DNA of 64,000 bases from Eledone cirrhosa (taxonomy: Eukaryota). A program made the translations under genes and the position numbers. The stretch spans positions 380,370,001 to 380,434,000 of the forward strand of contig OZ024741.1 of assembly GCA_964016885.1 (NCBI GenBank), given 5' to 3'. Of the stretch, positions 1-12,202 are shown one piece after another (the stretch's first letter is position 1; every line of letters begins with the position of its first letter). A model generated the notes under the pieces. The model was given only the letters and a program-made list of their open reading frames with translations. It had not been told where the DNA came from and ran no database searches.

Positions 1-62
1 TAACATTGTAACTTTAACACAGCTACTGAGCGACCCCGAGCAACGCCGGGCTTTACTGCTAG
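1..62 (+). mobile_element. 3' terminus of a Helitron-like element (runs off window start)
   Basis: GC-rich subterminal hairpin CCCGAGCAACGCCGGG (35-50), then CTAG at 59-62 followed by T. Same architecture as the terminus at 23086-23112. Confidence 0.65.
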
Positions 63-115
63 TCCTCGATAAGAGTGTTTAAATATCGAACATAAACAGT
101 TCGAATAACGGTGAA

Positions 116-3100
116 ATGGAGACTAGAACGTCATGTGACAGACTCTCACCCAACAGGTGCCTCCTGGCTCAGCAGCAGGAACCTGACTGTCAACCAAATA
201 CTGCTGATGTTGGAGGAAGAAGAAGAAGGAAAGGGGCCAGAACCAACTGGACGAAAGAATTGAATAGAACTGTTATGCAATGTTACCTGAAAAGTAACCC
301 CAAGGAGAGGGGCTACATGAGACGGATGCATAACATCTGGAACGAGATTGGTCTATTTAAATTAGATGAACAAAAATTGGCCGGGCAGGCTCGGGTAATA
401 AAAACTAATGGGTGGATAAGCGAGCTGGAACTGGAGGAACTGAGCAGAGAGAATGGCTTGGAGATGGCGGGTGTAGTATGCCAGACAAGCGAGCCAGTGG
501 GAAATGAAGGTGAAGAGGTCCTGAGAACGGAGGAACCACCCGAAGCAGACAATGATCTGAATACTGAGATAAATAATACCTGGAACAGAGATACGGCCAC
601 TGAGGGGATGAATGCTGACGGGCTAGGACAAGATTCGGTTGACATCCTAAATTTAGTGGTAGATGAATTGAACAATGATAGTGGGAGACCTATGAACCTA
701 AGATTTGTAGACAGGAAAAAGTTAAAAGAAACAACAGCTAAGGTAAACAAAGTCATCCCATACCTTGAGGCGAGGAGCCTTCACCAGTGCAACAATATCC
801 TCAAAGCAACAGCAAATACGGTGAGGAAACTACTTGGTATAAAAGCGAGAGGAAACAACAGACAAGAAAGAGCAGAGCCGTGGTGGAAGAAACGACTGAG
901 TGGTCAAATCGGGGAAATGAGAAATGACATAGGAAAGCTTGAGTCACTAATGAATGGGACACTAAAAAACATATGCACTAAAAATAGACTGGAAATAAAG
1001 TACAAAACTAGGAGGAAAAAGCTAAATATTATCATAGAGGAACTGAAGCAACGCATTGTAGCAAAGAGTGCAAAAATCAGGCGATACGAGAACAGAGTCA
1101 GTCAGTATAAACAGAACCGCATGTTTGACAACAACCAGAAGATGCTGTTTGGACAGCTTGAGGGGAAAGAAAGAGGCAACGACTTGATCCCTGGGGCGGA
1201 GCAAACTAAAACATTCTGGAGAGGAATATGGGAGCAGGATGTTAGACATAATGTCCAGGCAGGGTGGATTGAGACAGTACAGAGAGAGATCGGTGAGCAG
1301 GCACACCAACAAACTGATTTGAGTATCACAGTTGAAACTCTTAAGGGGCAGGCCAAAAAACTAACCAACTGGAAATCACCAGGCCCAGATGGTGTGCAGG
1401 GGTATTGGATTAAAAATTTAACATCCCTCCACCCGAAGCTGACGGCCATGTTCAATGACTGCTTGGTGTCGGGTGAGGTGCCAGAGTGGTTGACAAAAGG
1501 TACCACAGTTCTGATAATGAAAGACCGAATCAAGGGTAATGATGTTACCAACTATAGACCTATCACATGTCTGTCCGTAATGTGGAAACTGTTGACGAGC
1601 ATTGTGTCTGAGGAAATCTACCATCACCTCCACACAAACAACTTGTTACCGGACGAACAGAAAGGATGCCGAAAGAAGTCACGTGGTACAAAGGACCAGT
1701 TACTTATTGATAAGATGGTAATGGGGAATTGCAGGAGGAGACACACTGATCTTGCCATGGGATGGATAGACTACAGAAAGGCATTTGACATGGTGCCTCA
1801 TTCTTGGATCACCAAAAGCCTGGAGATCTTCGGGGTGGCAGATAACATCAGACAGTTGCTGGGCAGGAGTATGGGGTCCTGGGAGACAGAATTGACATCA
1901 ACTGGAGTATCCTTGGGAAGCGTGCAGATCAAGAGAGGTATCTTCCAGGGAGATAGCCTGTCCCCTCTGTTGTTTGTCCTTGCCCTGATGCCCTTGACCA
2001 TTATGCTGCGAAAGGTGAGAGCAGGATACAAGTTGGGAAAGGGAGAGCTTACCATCAATCACCTCCTCTTCATGGACGATCTTAAGCTCTTCGGGAAAAG
2101 TGAGAAGGAGTTGGATGTGCTTGTTGACACTGTCCGTATTTTCAGCAGTGATATATGTATGCAGTTTGGTATTAGTGAATGTGGAGTCATTGTGATGAGG
2201 AGGGGTAGGTTGAGCAGAAGTAACGGGATCCAGATACCAACAGGTGAGATGATAAAGGAAATTGACTCTGAGGAAGGATACAAGTATTTGGGCGTTCTGG
2301 AGGCTGATGGCATAAAGAACAAAAAAAAATGAAGGAATTGTTAAGAACTGAATACATTCGGAGAGTAAGGAGCGTATTGAAGTCACATCTGAACAGCAGA
2401 AATGCCATAAGCGCAGTAAATTCCCGAGCTGTGTCTATTATTAGGTACAGTGCGGGAATTCTGAGATGGAATGTTGCTGAACAAAAAGAAATGGATAGGA
2501 AGACTAGGAAGCTATTGACTATCTACAACATGTTCCACAAGAGGAGTGATGTCGATAGACTCTACCTAAGGAGATCTGAGGGTGGAAGAGGTCTTATCAG
2601 CATAGAGGACTGTGTTCAGATGGAGAAAAACAACCTATACAAATACGTGACCTATAGTAAGGAGCCAATGCTCAGAACAGTACTGAAGGAGGGGACAGTA
2701 GGCCAGGGGATGTCCAAGGAGGAAATAACATCAAGGAGGAAGAGCAGCCTTAAGGGAAAATCCCTTCATAGTACCTTCTTTGAGAAAACTGAATTTAGAG
2801 ATCCACAGACATGGAACTGGTTGAGAAGAGGAGACCTCAAAAAGGCTACAGAAGGAATGCTAATGGCTGCGCAGGAGCAGGCCCTAAAAACGAAGTGGTT
2901 GAAGCACCATATTTACGAGGAGGAGGCTAGCCCACTGTGCAGGATCTGTGGAGAGAGAGAGGAGACTGTGGCTCACATTGTGTCTGAGTGTAAACACCTA
3001 GCCCAGACCCACTATAAGGGCTGGAGACACGATGTGATGGGCAGGGTGATCCACTGGCACCTGTGCAATGTAAACAATTTACCACATTCTGAGAAATGGT

Positions 3101-3510
3101 ATGAGCATAGGCCAGAGGCGGTGATGGAGAACAATCAGGTGAAGGTGCTGTGGGATTTTAGGATACAGACGGACAAAAAACTGGAACACAATAGACCTGA
3201 CCTGGTGGTTGTGGACAAAGAAAAAAGATCGTGTCTGATTGTGGATGTGGCCTGCCCTTTCGACACGAGAGTGCAAGAGAAGGAGAGGGAGAAAATTAAC
3301 CGATACCAGGACCTAAAGTGGGAGGTGAAAAGGATTTGGAACTGCCATGAAGTCAAAGTGATCCCGATTGTCATAGGCGCACTGGGGACTATCTCCAAAA
3401 GTTTCCAGGGATGGTTAAAGAAAATCGGCCCCTTCACGCTTTTTGGAACGCTTCAAAAGGCATGCTTGCTGGGAACAGCAAAAACCCTCCGATACGTCCT
3501 GAATATCTGA
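116..3510 (+). pseudogene. R4/Dong polyprotein (RT + CCHC + restriction-like endonuclease), one frameshift at A9 (2321-2329)
   Basis: RT motifs KSPGPDG, NYRPITCL, WIDYRKAFD, GIFQGDSLSP, FMDD, YKYLG. C-terminal CRICG..ETVAHIVSEC knuckle, RHD, RPDLVVVD..IVDVACP, EK..RY. ORFs 116-2332 and 2329-3510 fuse if one A is removed. Confidence 0.9.
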
Positions 3511-3584
3511 GGCTGCATGTAGTGGCTTGATATTCATTCCAACAGACTTTCCAGTTAACCAACATCAATGACTGAGATTCAAGG

Positions 3585-3620
3585 AATAACAATAATAATA
3601 ATAATAATAATAATAATAAT
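3585..3620 (+). repeat. (TAA)n tail/target of the Dong element
   Basis: aataacaataataat... directly after the 3'UTR. Confidence 0.9.
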
Positions 3621-4519
3621 TCTGGGAAAAGATCTGGGCCGAAGAAAAAGTTCATAACATACATGCCCCATGGATAGACAGACAAATGAAAGATACAGCT
3701 CACCTTGAGGAACAAATATGGGAAAATATAACAGTTGAACAGTTGCGTTTGGCTCTAAGAAAAACCAGCAAATGGAAATCCCCAGGAAAAGACAAAATAC
3801 AAAACTTTTGGATAAATGCCTTCACAGAGTCTCATGAGCTGTTAGCCCAACTTTACAATGAAATAGTTAAGGAGCCAGAAAAGATACCATCATGGCTAGT
3901 TAACGGCATTACATTCCTGCTTCCGAAGAATGATGAGACAAACAATCCCAAAAATTACAGACCGATAACTTGCTTGAACACAATGTGTAAAATGTTAACA
4001 TCAGTCCTAACTGAATATACATATGACCACCTGATAACAAATGACCTAATTCCCATTGAGCAGAAAGGGTGTAAACGAGGCTCATATGGCTGTAAGGATC
4101 AGCTTCTGGTTAACAAAATGATACTGGAAGATTGTCATAATAGACACAAAAATCTATCGATTGCTTGTATAGATTATAAAAAAGCATTCGATAGTTTGCC
4201 ACACAGTTGGATTGAAAAATGTTTAGAGATTTTCAAAATATCCCCCGTTGTCAGGAGGTTTTTGTCATTCAGTATGAAGACATGGAAAACGACACTCCTT
4301 TTGAATAGCGAAACAAAATCACTGGAAGCTGGAGAAGTTAATATTAATTGTGGAATTTTTCAGGGTGACTCTTTATCACCGCTTTTATTCTGCATCGCAC
4401 TTATACCATTAATTTAAATGCTCAATGAAACAAAACATGGATATAAAGTCTATGACAAAACCATTATTCACTTGTTCTACATGGATGACCTGAAACTATT
4501 TGCAAAAAATGATGAACAA
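3620..4519 (+). pseudogene. Second, divergent R4/Dong RT fragment (5' and 3' truncated)
   Basis: Frame reads FWEKIWAEEKVHN (cf. FWRGIWEQDVRHN), KSPGKD, NYRPITCL, IDYKKAFD, GIFQGDSLSP, an in-frame stop at 4415-4417, then HLFYMDDLKLFAKN. Confidence 0.88.
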
Positions 4520-4583
4520 ACAGAAATAGCCGTTGAGACGGCTTGAGTTCTGCCGTTGGGGTTAAACATTTTCCAATATATAT

Positions 4584-4692
4584 AGTTTTAATACAGAAGA
4601 GCTTCTACAGGACTAGAACTGTTTCATTCGTGGAAATTATTCTCGCGAATGAAGCAGTTCTAGTCCAGTAGAAGCTCTTCTATATTAAAACT
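4584..4692. repeat. Long imperfect inverted repeat (~50-bp arms, short spacer)
   Basis: agttttaatacagaagagcttctacaggactagaactgtttcattcg pairs with cgaatgaagcagttctagtccagtagaagctcttctatattaaaact. Confidence 0.9.
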
Positions 4693-4758
4693 GTTATACC
4701 CTCCATGTATTGAGTACCTTACTTGCTGTGGTTACCCCCGATTCAACCCGGAATAACT

Positions 4759-4827
<69 letters not shown>

Positions 4828-4835
<8 letters not shown>

Positions 4836-5675
4836 ATATTTGGGGAGGGTCATATTTGCGTAATATTGCCAGAATTAATAACAGAACACACTCACTGTTT
4901 GGTTGGTTTTCGCTTCTCGCTGTCTTTTATATATATATATCTGCGATCTAACTTACTCGGTCCTCAATGTTGCCATTGACTGACCGGCGGTCAAAAATAA
5001 TACAGATACAATATAGACACAAAGACATATATATAGTTTACATAATTTACATAAATCTTTCGTTGCACATCTGCAACATCGTCAGTGGTGTTATATTCAT
5101 TGTTCCTCCTGTTGTGTTGTATGTCTACGCCATTTTTTTTTGTTCAGTCTGTCTATATATTTATTTATTTATTTGCTTGTTTGTTTATCTTATTTTATTT
5201 TGTCTTCTTTGCGCATGCGTTTGCGTGTGTGTATAGTGTTATGTGTGATGTGTGACTAGTGTGTATAGTGTTGTGTCTGCTGGGTGACTAGTGTGTGTTT
5301 ATGTGCTTGTGTATGTATTTATTTATCTTATTTTATTTAATTTTATTTACTTATTTATACTTCTCTTAGGTCAGTGTTGTTTGTTTGGGTGTTGTTGTTG
5401 TTCCACTCATTCTTTCTGTTTAGCTTTGGTCTTCTAATTTCTATTTCACTGGCCTCTCTGATTTGCCTATCTGCTGGGTCATTCCTATGTTTAGATATTA
5501 TTCTAATTTCTATGTTGTCTATGTTACCGTCATGTTGTTGTCTAGCATGTTCGTATAGTACTGACCCGTTTTTTCGTTCTGTTATTAATTCTGGCAATAT
5601 TACGCAAATATGACCCTCCCCAAATATAACAATATCTGTTTCGACACACGATTTCATATAAAAAACCTCGCAAAA
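4828..5675 (-). mobile_element. Penelope-like 3' fragment with a 60-bp perfect inverted repeat, between (TA)n tracts
   Basis: 5355-5575 encodes a GIY-YIG C-terminal half (SVLYEHARQQH..DPADRQIREASEI..PKLNRKNEW). 4828-4887 is the exact reverse complement of 5576-5635. Confidence 0.7.
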
Positions 5676-5679
5676 CTAA

Positions 5680-5710
<31 letters not shown>

Positions 5711-5731
5711 TTATATATATATATAATAACT

Positions 5732-5779
<48 letters not shown>

Positions 5780-5785
<6 letters not shown>

Positions 5786-6720
5786 GTTTGTGTTAGGAAC
5801 GATTAGATAGCCGGACAGACAGGTCAGAGAGAGAAAAATAAATGACGTCCACTCGGCCTCATGTTAGCTTAAGAAAGGAAGAACAATGGCTCTGTAAGTG
5901 GAAGTGATGAGTAGAAGAAGAAAGACGGAAAGAAAAGTAGCAGTAAGAGGAAAGGGAAAGGAGAGAGAGAACGTAAGAAAGGGTAATAAAGGAAGAGGAA
6001 AGAAATAGCAAACTAACCTCAAGCACGGTAGCCGTCTGAAATAGAAAGCTATTGGTTCGTCTTTAAAATCCACCTAAAGCGTTTTGTTAATAGCAATGAG
6101 ACAGTGCGTCCCCCGTCCTTGTTCCTGCATTTGGTGATATGTTTCGGAAAGGACGAGGCTCTAGTGCTGACGTGCTCTTCGATTCAAAGTACAGCAATCG
6201 AATGGGGCTACCGATGCAAAAATATTTGCACTTGTCACATTCAATCTCATAAACCACGCTGGTGAGCAAGCAACAGTGTGTATTACCTATCGGGCAATTG
6301 CTGAGGGAGCACGTATTATCCGGGTTGTGTTGTTTTGGGCAGACGCATCTCCTTAGAAAGGGTCCCGAGTGGGTCAATTGGATGTCAAGACACTGCCTTC
6401 GCATGGCCCTGCGGATAGCGCCGGTGGTTCTTTCATCCAGGTGTGGGATCTTGTGGAAGAACCTTTCCAGTCAAGTTTTTCTGCCTACGGTGTTTGGGGT
6501 TCCTTATTCCGTTGATGATGGATGATGGATACCACCCCTCTAGAACTGGGTGGTGTGGGTGACACCTCCTATGGTATCACTGCATCTATTTCTTATCCGC
6601 GTAACTTCGTTTGTGATGTATCCTCCCTTAGCGCAGTTAGGAAGGGCAGACTTGAAGTCTGGAACCCCAAACAAAAGAGGCAGAGAAAACTTCTTCCCCT
6701 GCTCTCGACTGGAATTTGAA
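5780..6720 (-). mobile_element. Decayed Penelope-like element, 3' part (GIY-YIG region)
   Basis: C..C..C..SVVYEIECDKCKYFCIGS in ORF 6087-6404 fits the PLE endonuclease GIY-YIG. A purine-rich non-coding flank lies next to (TA)n. Confidence 0.7.
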
Positions 6721-7142
6721 TGATGCGAAAATATTCATAGCTAAAAGTATTTCCAATCCTTATTTGTAAACACACCCTATATCATTAGATAGACGAAATT
6801 TGCATATTTATAGTTATACAGCTCTGTCGGAGCCAAATATTTATTTCTACTCTCAAGTTGAGCCGGTTTGTACAGCTCCATATGCAAAGGACGCTAATCA
6901 GCCCATCTGCACAGACGAAAAATCTATATATTTGTGCGTGTTTTAATTTCCAGCAGAGAGCAGATCGAGTACTGTCATGATGATGGCCAGAGCCAGAAAT
7001 GCGTTGGAAGTTGTCCCCTGATAGTCCTGCTGAAATTAGCTAGATGGCGCTAGCCGTCAGCATTTTAATATTCATAGCTAGATGGCTTTCCAAATGTTTA
7101 TTCATAAACATAGCGTATATCATTAGATATACGAAATTCACA

Positions 7143-7296
7143 TACTTTAGGGTGTATAAGGTCATGGATACTGTGTTTTAGGGCACGTTGGATTCCATTG
7201 TCAATTAGTGAGGCATGGTAGTCCCTGCTATGAGTGTGACCTTTAATTCTTGTAGATGTAAGTAACAGGTCTTTTTATTAAGAAAGTATAGTACAG
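7143..7296 (-). mobile_element. Short Penelope fragment of the same family as 53440-56396
   Basis: Matches ~55257-55375 (ttttagggcacgttggattccattgtcaatta shared). Confidence 0.75.
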
Positions 7297-7297
7297 C

Positions 7298-7329
<32 letters not shown>

Positions 7330-8199
7330 ATCATCACCCTCATCACAATTGTGTATACGGACAAGGTGATGTGTCTAAATTGTCAGTAGATATAGCAGTC
7401 AATATGGACCATCTACCAGCTCACCAATTTTTAGATGTTTTTAGCGATCTCTTTTCATTGACATGTTAATGTGTATTCGTGGCAAAATTACTTTTGCATA
7501 TTATTTATTGATCCTTAAATGGTGAGCTGAAATATGGTCTATATTGACTGCAGTTTCTAGTGGCAGTTTAGAATCATTACCTTGTCGGTATATACAAATA
7601 TTTTTCTGTGAGATAACTCTTTGTCACTGTCGTTACTGTTGTTAACTACCACAACAGGGTGATAGGTGTAAGGTGTCCGGCATTTCCCTGGAGGAGGGTA
7701 AGGCATGAGAAGAGGCATTCCATCTCGCGAGGCTAACACCTGCAGCTGGCCAGTTCAGCGCCTATGGTGGTGAGTAGGGTGGTAGCTCTAGGGACAAGGA
7801 CACCTGAAGTCTCTACAGCTAAGGGCAGGACCTCGGCATATGTGCTCTATCATATTTTGTCTTGCACCACACTCATTCTATGAAAATGGCTCCTAACGAC
7901 TAATTATATTTTTTCTTATGCTATACATAATTCCATCGGATGAAATAGTGTTCTGTTAATGATAGCCATATCAATCTATTGCTATGGTCTACATTATTCT
8001 TCAGTTTTGAAACTGCAGTAAGAGAACTCATTGAAGCCATTGTGTTGCCACTTTACAGTATTGACTGAGGTGAGGGAGGTGCATAGGGATTTGAGGGGTA
8101 GATCCAGGGAGGGCACTTATCAGTAAGGGGTGGGTCAAGGGAGGGGTGTTAGGGCATTGGGGCTGTATGGAAAAAGGAATTCACTACATGTATGCTTCG

Positions 8200-9700
8200 A
8201 CATGTGCACATGGGAAGCCAGATCATCTGTATTACTGCATAACACCAGAGATCTGGATCCTGTATCTTTGAGTTTGAGAGGTGCAATTGTGCAAGATCAA
8301 CTTTTATCACCTCATCTCAAGTCTTCTTATGTCTTCCTACTTCATAGCCTCCATCAACTTTGGGTGACCTGATCTTTTTATACAGCTGTCATCTGCATTA
8401 CACATTACATGTCAATACCAATGCAATCTCCTCTCATGCACACTGCATCTGATCCCTCTTATGCTTAGTCACTCTTTCAGTTCATTTATGTTTTGCCAAT
8501 CACATATATTATTAATGATATTACACACACATCAAAGCATGCCAGCTTCATTTGTTTACCAATCTTCGCAGGTCCTCTGCACCCAGTGCCCAGGTCTGAG
8601 TAACATTGCTGTTTGTATACTTGCATCATACAGTCTGCCTTTCATTTTGAGGGAAAAACTCTTTGTAGCTAGCAGCAGTAGTAGCTCTATGAATCTTTTC
8701 CATTGCGTTCTCATTCTGGCTATCATACTATTGGCACATCCACCTCCATGAATTATTTGGTCACCCAGGCTGTCAACTGCTTCTACAGAACATTCAAACA
8801 ATTTGATAACATTTATTTCCTGCTAGTGTTTACTCCTTACTGCCCTGGTGCAATGGCCACAAGTAAACATACATTCTTAGCTAACCAATTGAATATCCCT
8901 CTACATCTCTTGTGTACCCATTGCTTTCATTTGGGAAATCATCATCATCATCATCATCGTTTAACGTCCATTTTCCACGCTTGCATGGGTTTGCACGGGA
9001 ATTTTCCCACTTGAGGTAAGATTGGTTGTCTTGTCCGTATAGGACTGTCTGGCGGGTTTTCTATGGTTGGATGCCCTTCCTAACAACAACCACGTTTACA
9101 GTGTGGACTGGGAGGTTTATACCGTGTTACCTACACGGCCACATTACAGCGTGGACTTTTTTTTTTTTTGTCGTGACACCTACACGACCTCATTTGTTTC
9201 GGATTGGATGTTATGGTACCAACATAACATAACAATTTGTGACAGAAGATGGAATTTCTACCTAAACCTTTCTTACACACTAAACAGGGCCATTTCCCAG
9301 AAGGGCTCAGGGCCTTATTTTCCTTACTACTTACTAGAACTTTGGTCTTTGCCAAATTGAATTTAGGCCTTTTTTTTCTAGGTTATGCTTCCAGTTCAGG
9401 AACGTTTTCTCTAGTTCTGTCATAGATTCAGTTATGAAAGTTAGATCATCAGTATACAGGCGTTCCTATGGGCATCCAAATTACAGAACAGGGAACCTTG
9501 ACAAAAGCTTTCTCTATTTTAACAAATGCTAAGTAGAAGTGTTTGATTTTAGTTAGAAATTTCTCTTGCAGAAGCGGGCATCCATGGTACTTTTTCCTGG
9601 CACAAAGGAAGAGGGCATCCATGGTACTTTTTCCTGGCACAAATCCAAAATGCATCTCATCTAGTTTAATTCAATCTCTAATCAGTTGTACAATTGTATT
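8200..9700 (-). mobile_element. Decayed RTE-clade LINE fragment
   Basis: FGFVPGKSTMDALF, YLAFV..EKAF..VP, PSGKWPCLVCKKGLGRNSIFC, LGDQI..GGGC..S..AR.R..WKRF. Colinear with 59938-62731. Confidence 0.8.
8939..9225 (-). mobile_element. RTE-3'-end / RTE-tailed SINE fragment with (GAT)n tail, nested in the RTE
   Basis: catcatcatcgtttaacgtccattttccacgcttgcatgg...ggatgcccttcctaac, as at 15652 and 59938. Confidence 0.7.
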
Positions 9701-9709
9701 ATATTATAT

Positions 9710-9796
<87 letters not shown>

Positions 9797-12029
9797 ATAT
9801 ACATGTGTGTGGGTGTACTAGTAGAATAACTAGCAATTCTTAGGTTGAGAATTAGTTATAAATGTACCACAATCATTCTTAATGAAAGTTTATTCGATGT
9901 AATAAAACATTATTAGATTTATCTTAAAAATTTAGTACTCACATAAAAAAATTAATATTTTTCCGAAACGTTTATAGCATTCTGTTGTCTAATCCACAGA
10001 TTTATAGATACACACTGAATATCAACAGTATATATATATAGCTAATTCTATGCATATCAAATAAAAACACAGAATTAAGTGAGAATGAACACAGTTATAG
10101 CTGATTTGAAACTATTAATGAAAATAATATATTTGCATTGAAATACTTCAATTTCTTCAAAGAATTAGACTAATAGAAACCAAAGTTTCAGGAGGAAAAC
10201 AACCAATGAAAATATAATCATTAATATGTTATGTGGGAACTGAAGTGCCCTGAGGTACCCAACACATTTAAAATTGAAACTGGCCATCAGTAATACTAGA
10301 AGCATGTCATTAACAATTCCAATAAATCGTAGCTTTATGACATTAGATATTTAACGTTGGCAACGTTAAACATTCTGAACACTATCATAACAGCGCCTCA
10401 AGATGCACAATCTTTTGGACTTTATTAGTAGAAATATATATGAATAGATTTAGGGAGGGAGGGGGCTTTGATCTCTTGTGTATCTGACATAAAATTAGTC
10501 ATTAGCTAAGAAGGAATTCTGCTCATTTGATTCTGGTGAACCCAGAGGCCACTTAGCAGTAGAGGATATCATAAGTATGAATAATTCATCAGATTAAAGG
10601 CAACAATGTAAGAAGTGCATGTAAGATGTTCAACCCTATCAATACTCTCTCCTCAAACCCATTGGATGATCTCATTGCTACTCCAAAATATCCTGTCTAT
10701 TATATTTAACCCATTAAGTACTATCATACATAGGTAATATTTCCTCCCATGTGCAATAATATTAGTTTCAGAATAATTAATTAGAATAAAACATCGACAG
10801 AATGATTTTATGATATTCAGCAGATAATGACAGCAATGATATCAGATTAGCCTATATGATATAGTTACTTGTAATGTTCAGTTTGTGTGTAGAATGCAGG
10901 GATTTTCAATATTAAATAGTGCTACATTACCAACTTATAGCATTGACTAGGTCATGAAAGTGTGCAAGAAACCTTTTTGATACTGTTGACGCTAACCTAT
11001 ATTTTGGAAGCATTTTATTTATTTAGAATAAATGTGTGTCAGTTCATTCGAGTTTGACAAATGTTATTTCTGAAGATAGTGTCAGGTTTGTTTTTCTTTT
11101 ATCACTTCAGATGTTATGCTTATTCACAACAAAAATAAGAAAAATATATAAAACTTTTTTTTTCCATTTCATTGATTGTAACCATCATGCTATTGTTCCA
11201 CTTGTCTTGATATCTATCTCCCATTACCATAATGTCTTTGTGAAAACATTCACTTTGCATTTTGCTTTCATTGACATAGTTTTCTAGAAAACAGTCAAGA
11301 TGAAGAACGTAGAAAATACATTCTTATGTTTGTCCTACATCCAAATTTGTTGAAAGCAATCAATCATGTTTTTTTTTCTGTATGCATATAATCTGGGTTT
11401 TCTCATTTCCATATAAATTCGGGACAAAATATTTGAAGCCTGCAAGGTTTCTAAATAATCATCAGATAAATTGTTTCCTAAATTGACATCTTCCATCAAT
11501 TTTCTAACAAAAACGTCAGATTTTAATTTTGCTTCAATTATCACAAGAAATTTATGGCAACAGTACTTCAATGAAATACTTTGATTATTAAGTACTTTTC
11601 CCAGAAAAATTGTAAACATCTATGATTTATTTGTTTTACTGGTTAATGTTGTTTTTGTGGTGGTTGTGGTGATGGTAAACACAACAATTCTTGGATTTAT
11701 AACAACTATAACAGGATTTTTAAATCCTTGCAAAAATGCACTTTGAAATGATTAGTTTATCACCTCTAAAAAACATGTGTATTCTCAACTATTTCATAGA
11801 CGTAATATCAATTATGGGCTATTAAGAGGAACCACTACTGGGTCATTCAACTGTTCATTGCTTTCTTATATGCATGGTCCAATAAGTTATGAAGGAGTCA
11901 TAGGGGTGCCATCTTGACACATGGCATTTCTAGGGCATTTTAAAATCTGGTAGAGACCATTTTCTTTCAAGGTCTGAATACAACATATTTCTACCAGAGA
12001 AGGATAGAGAGTGAGACAATGTGAGACAG

Positions 12030-12202
12030 AGATATAGTAGAATAATTGACACCAGTGCTTAACTGGTACTTTTTTATCGACCTCAAATGGATGAAAGGCA
12101 AAGTTGACTTTGGGAGGATATGAACTCAAAGAACAGAGAACCAAAATGAATATTGCAAACATTCTATCTGACATTCTAACAACTCTACCAATTCACTGCC
12201 CT
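12030..12202 (-). mobile_element. Older tRNA-derived SINE (Meta-domain-like family)
   Basis: actggtac..tttatcgacc..ggatgaaaggcaaagttgac..ggatatgaactc. Other decayed copies at ~12740-12900 and ~20530-20690. Confidence 0.75.

Larger units (their letters stand above)
64..3620 (+). mobile_element. R4/Dong-like RLE non-LTR retrotransposon, near full length
   Basis: Single long RT+RLE ORF broken once, short 3'UTR (3511-~3585) and (TAA)n tail. The 5' boundary is approximate. Confidence 0.9.

Noticed and set aside
4710-5236. ORFs with IYIYIY, CVCV, poly-K, poly-L or poly-H runs (also at 9543, 21592, 32583, 53999, 56209, 63678)
   Set aside because: Translations of microsatellites, not genes.
11335-11619. 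94-aa ORF as a possible host exon
   Set aside because: No recognisable domain, no convincing splice sites, AT-rich context.
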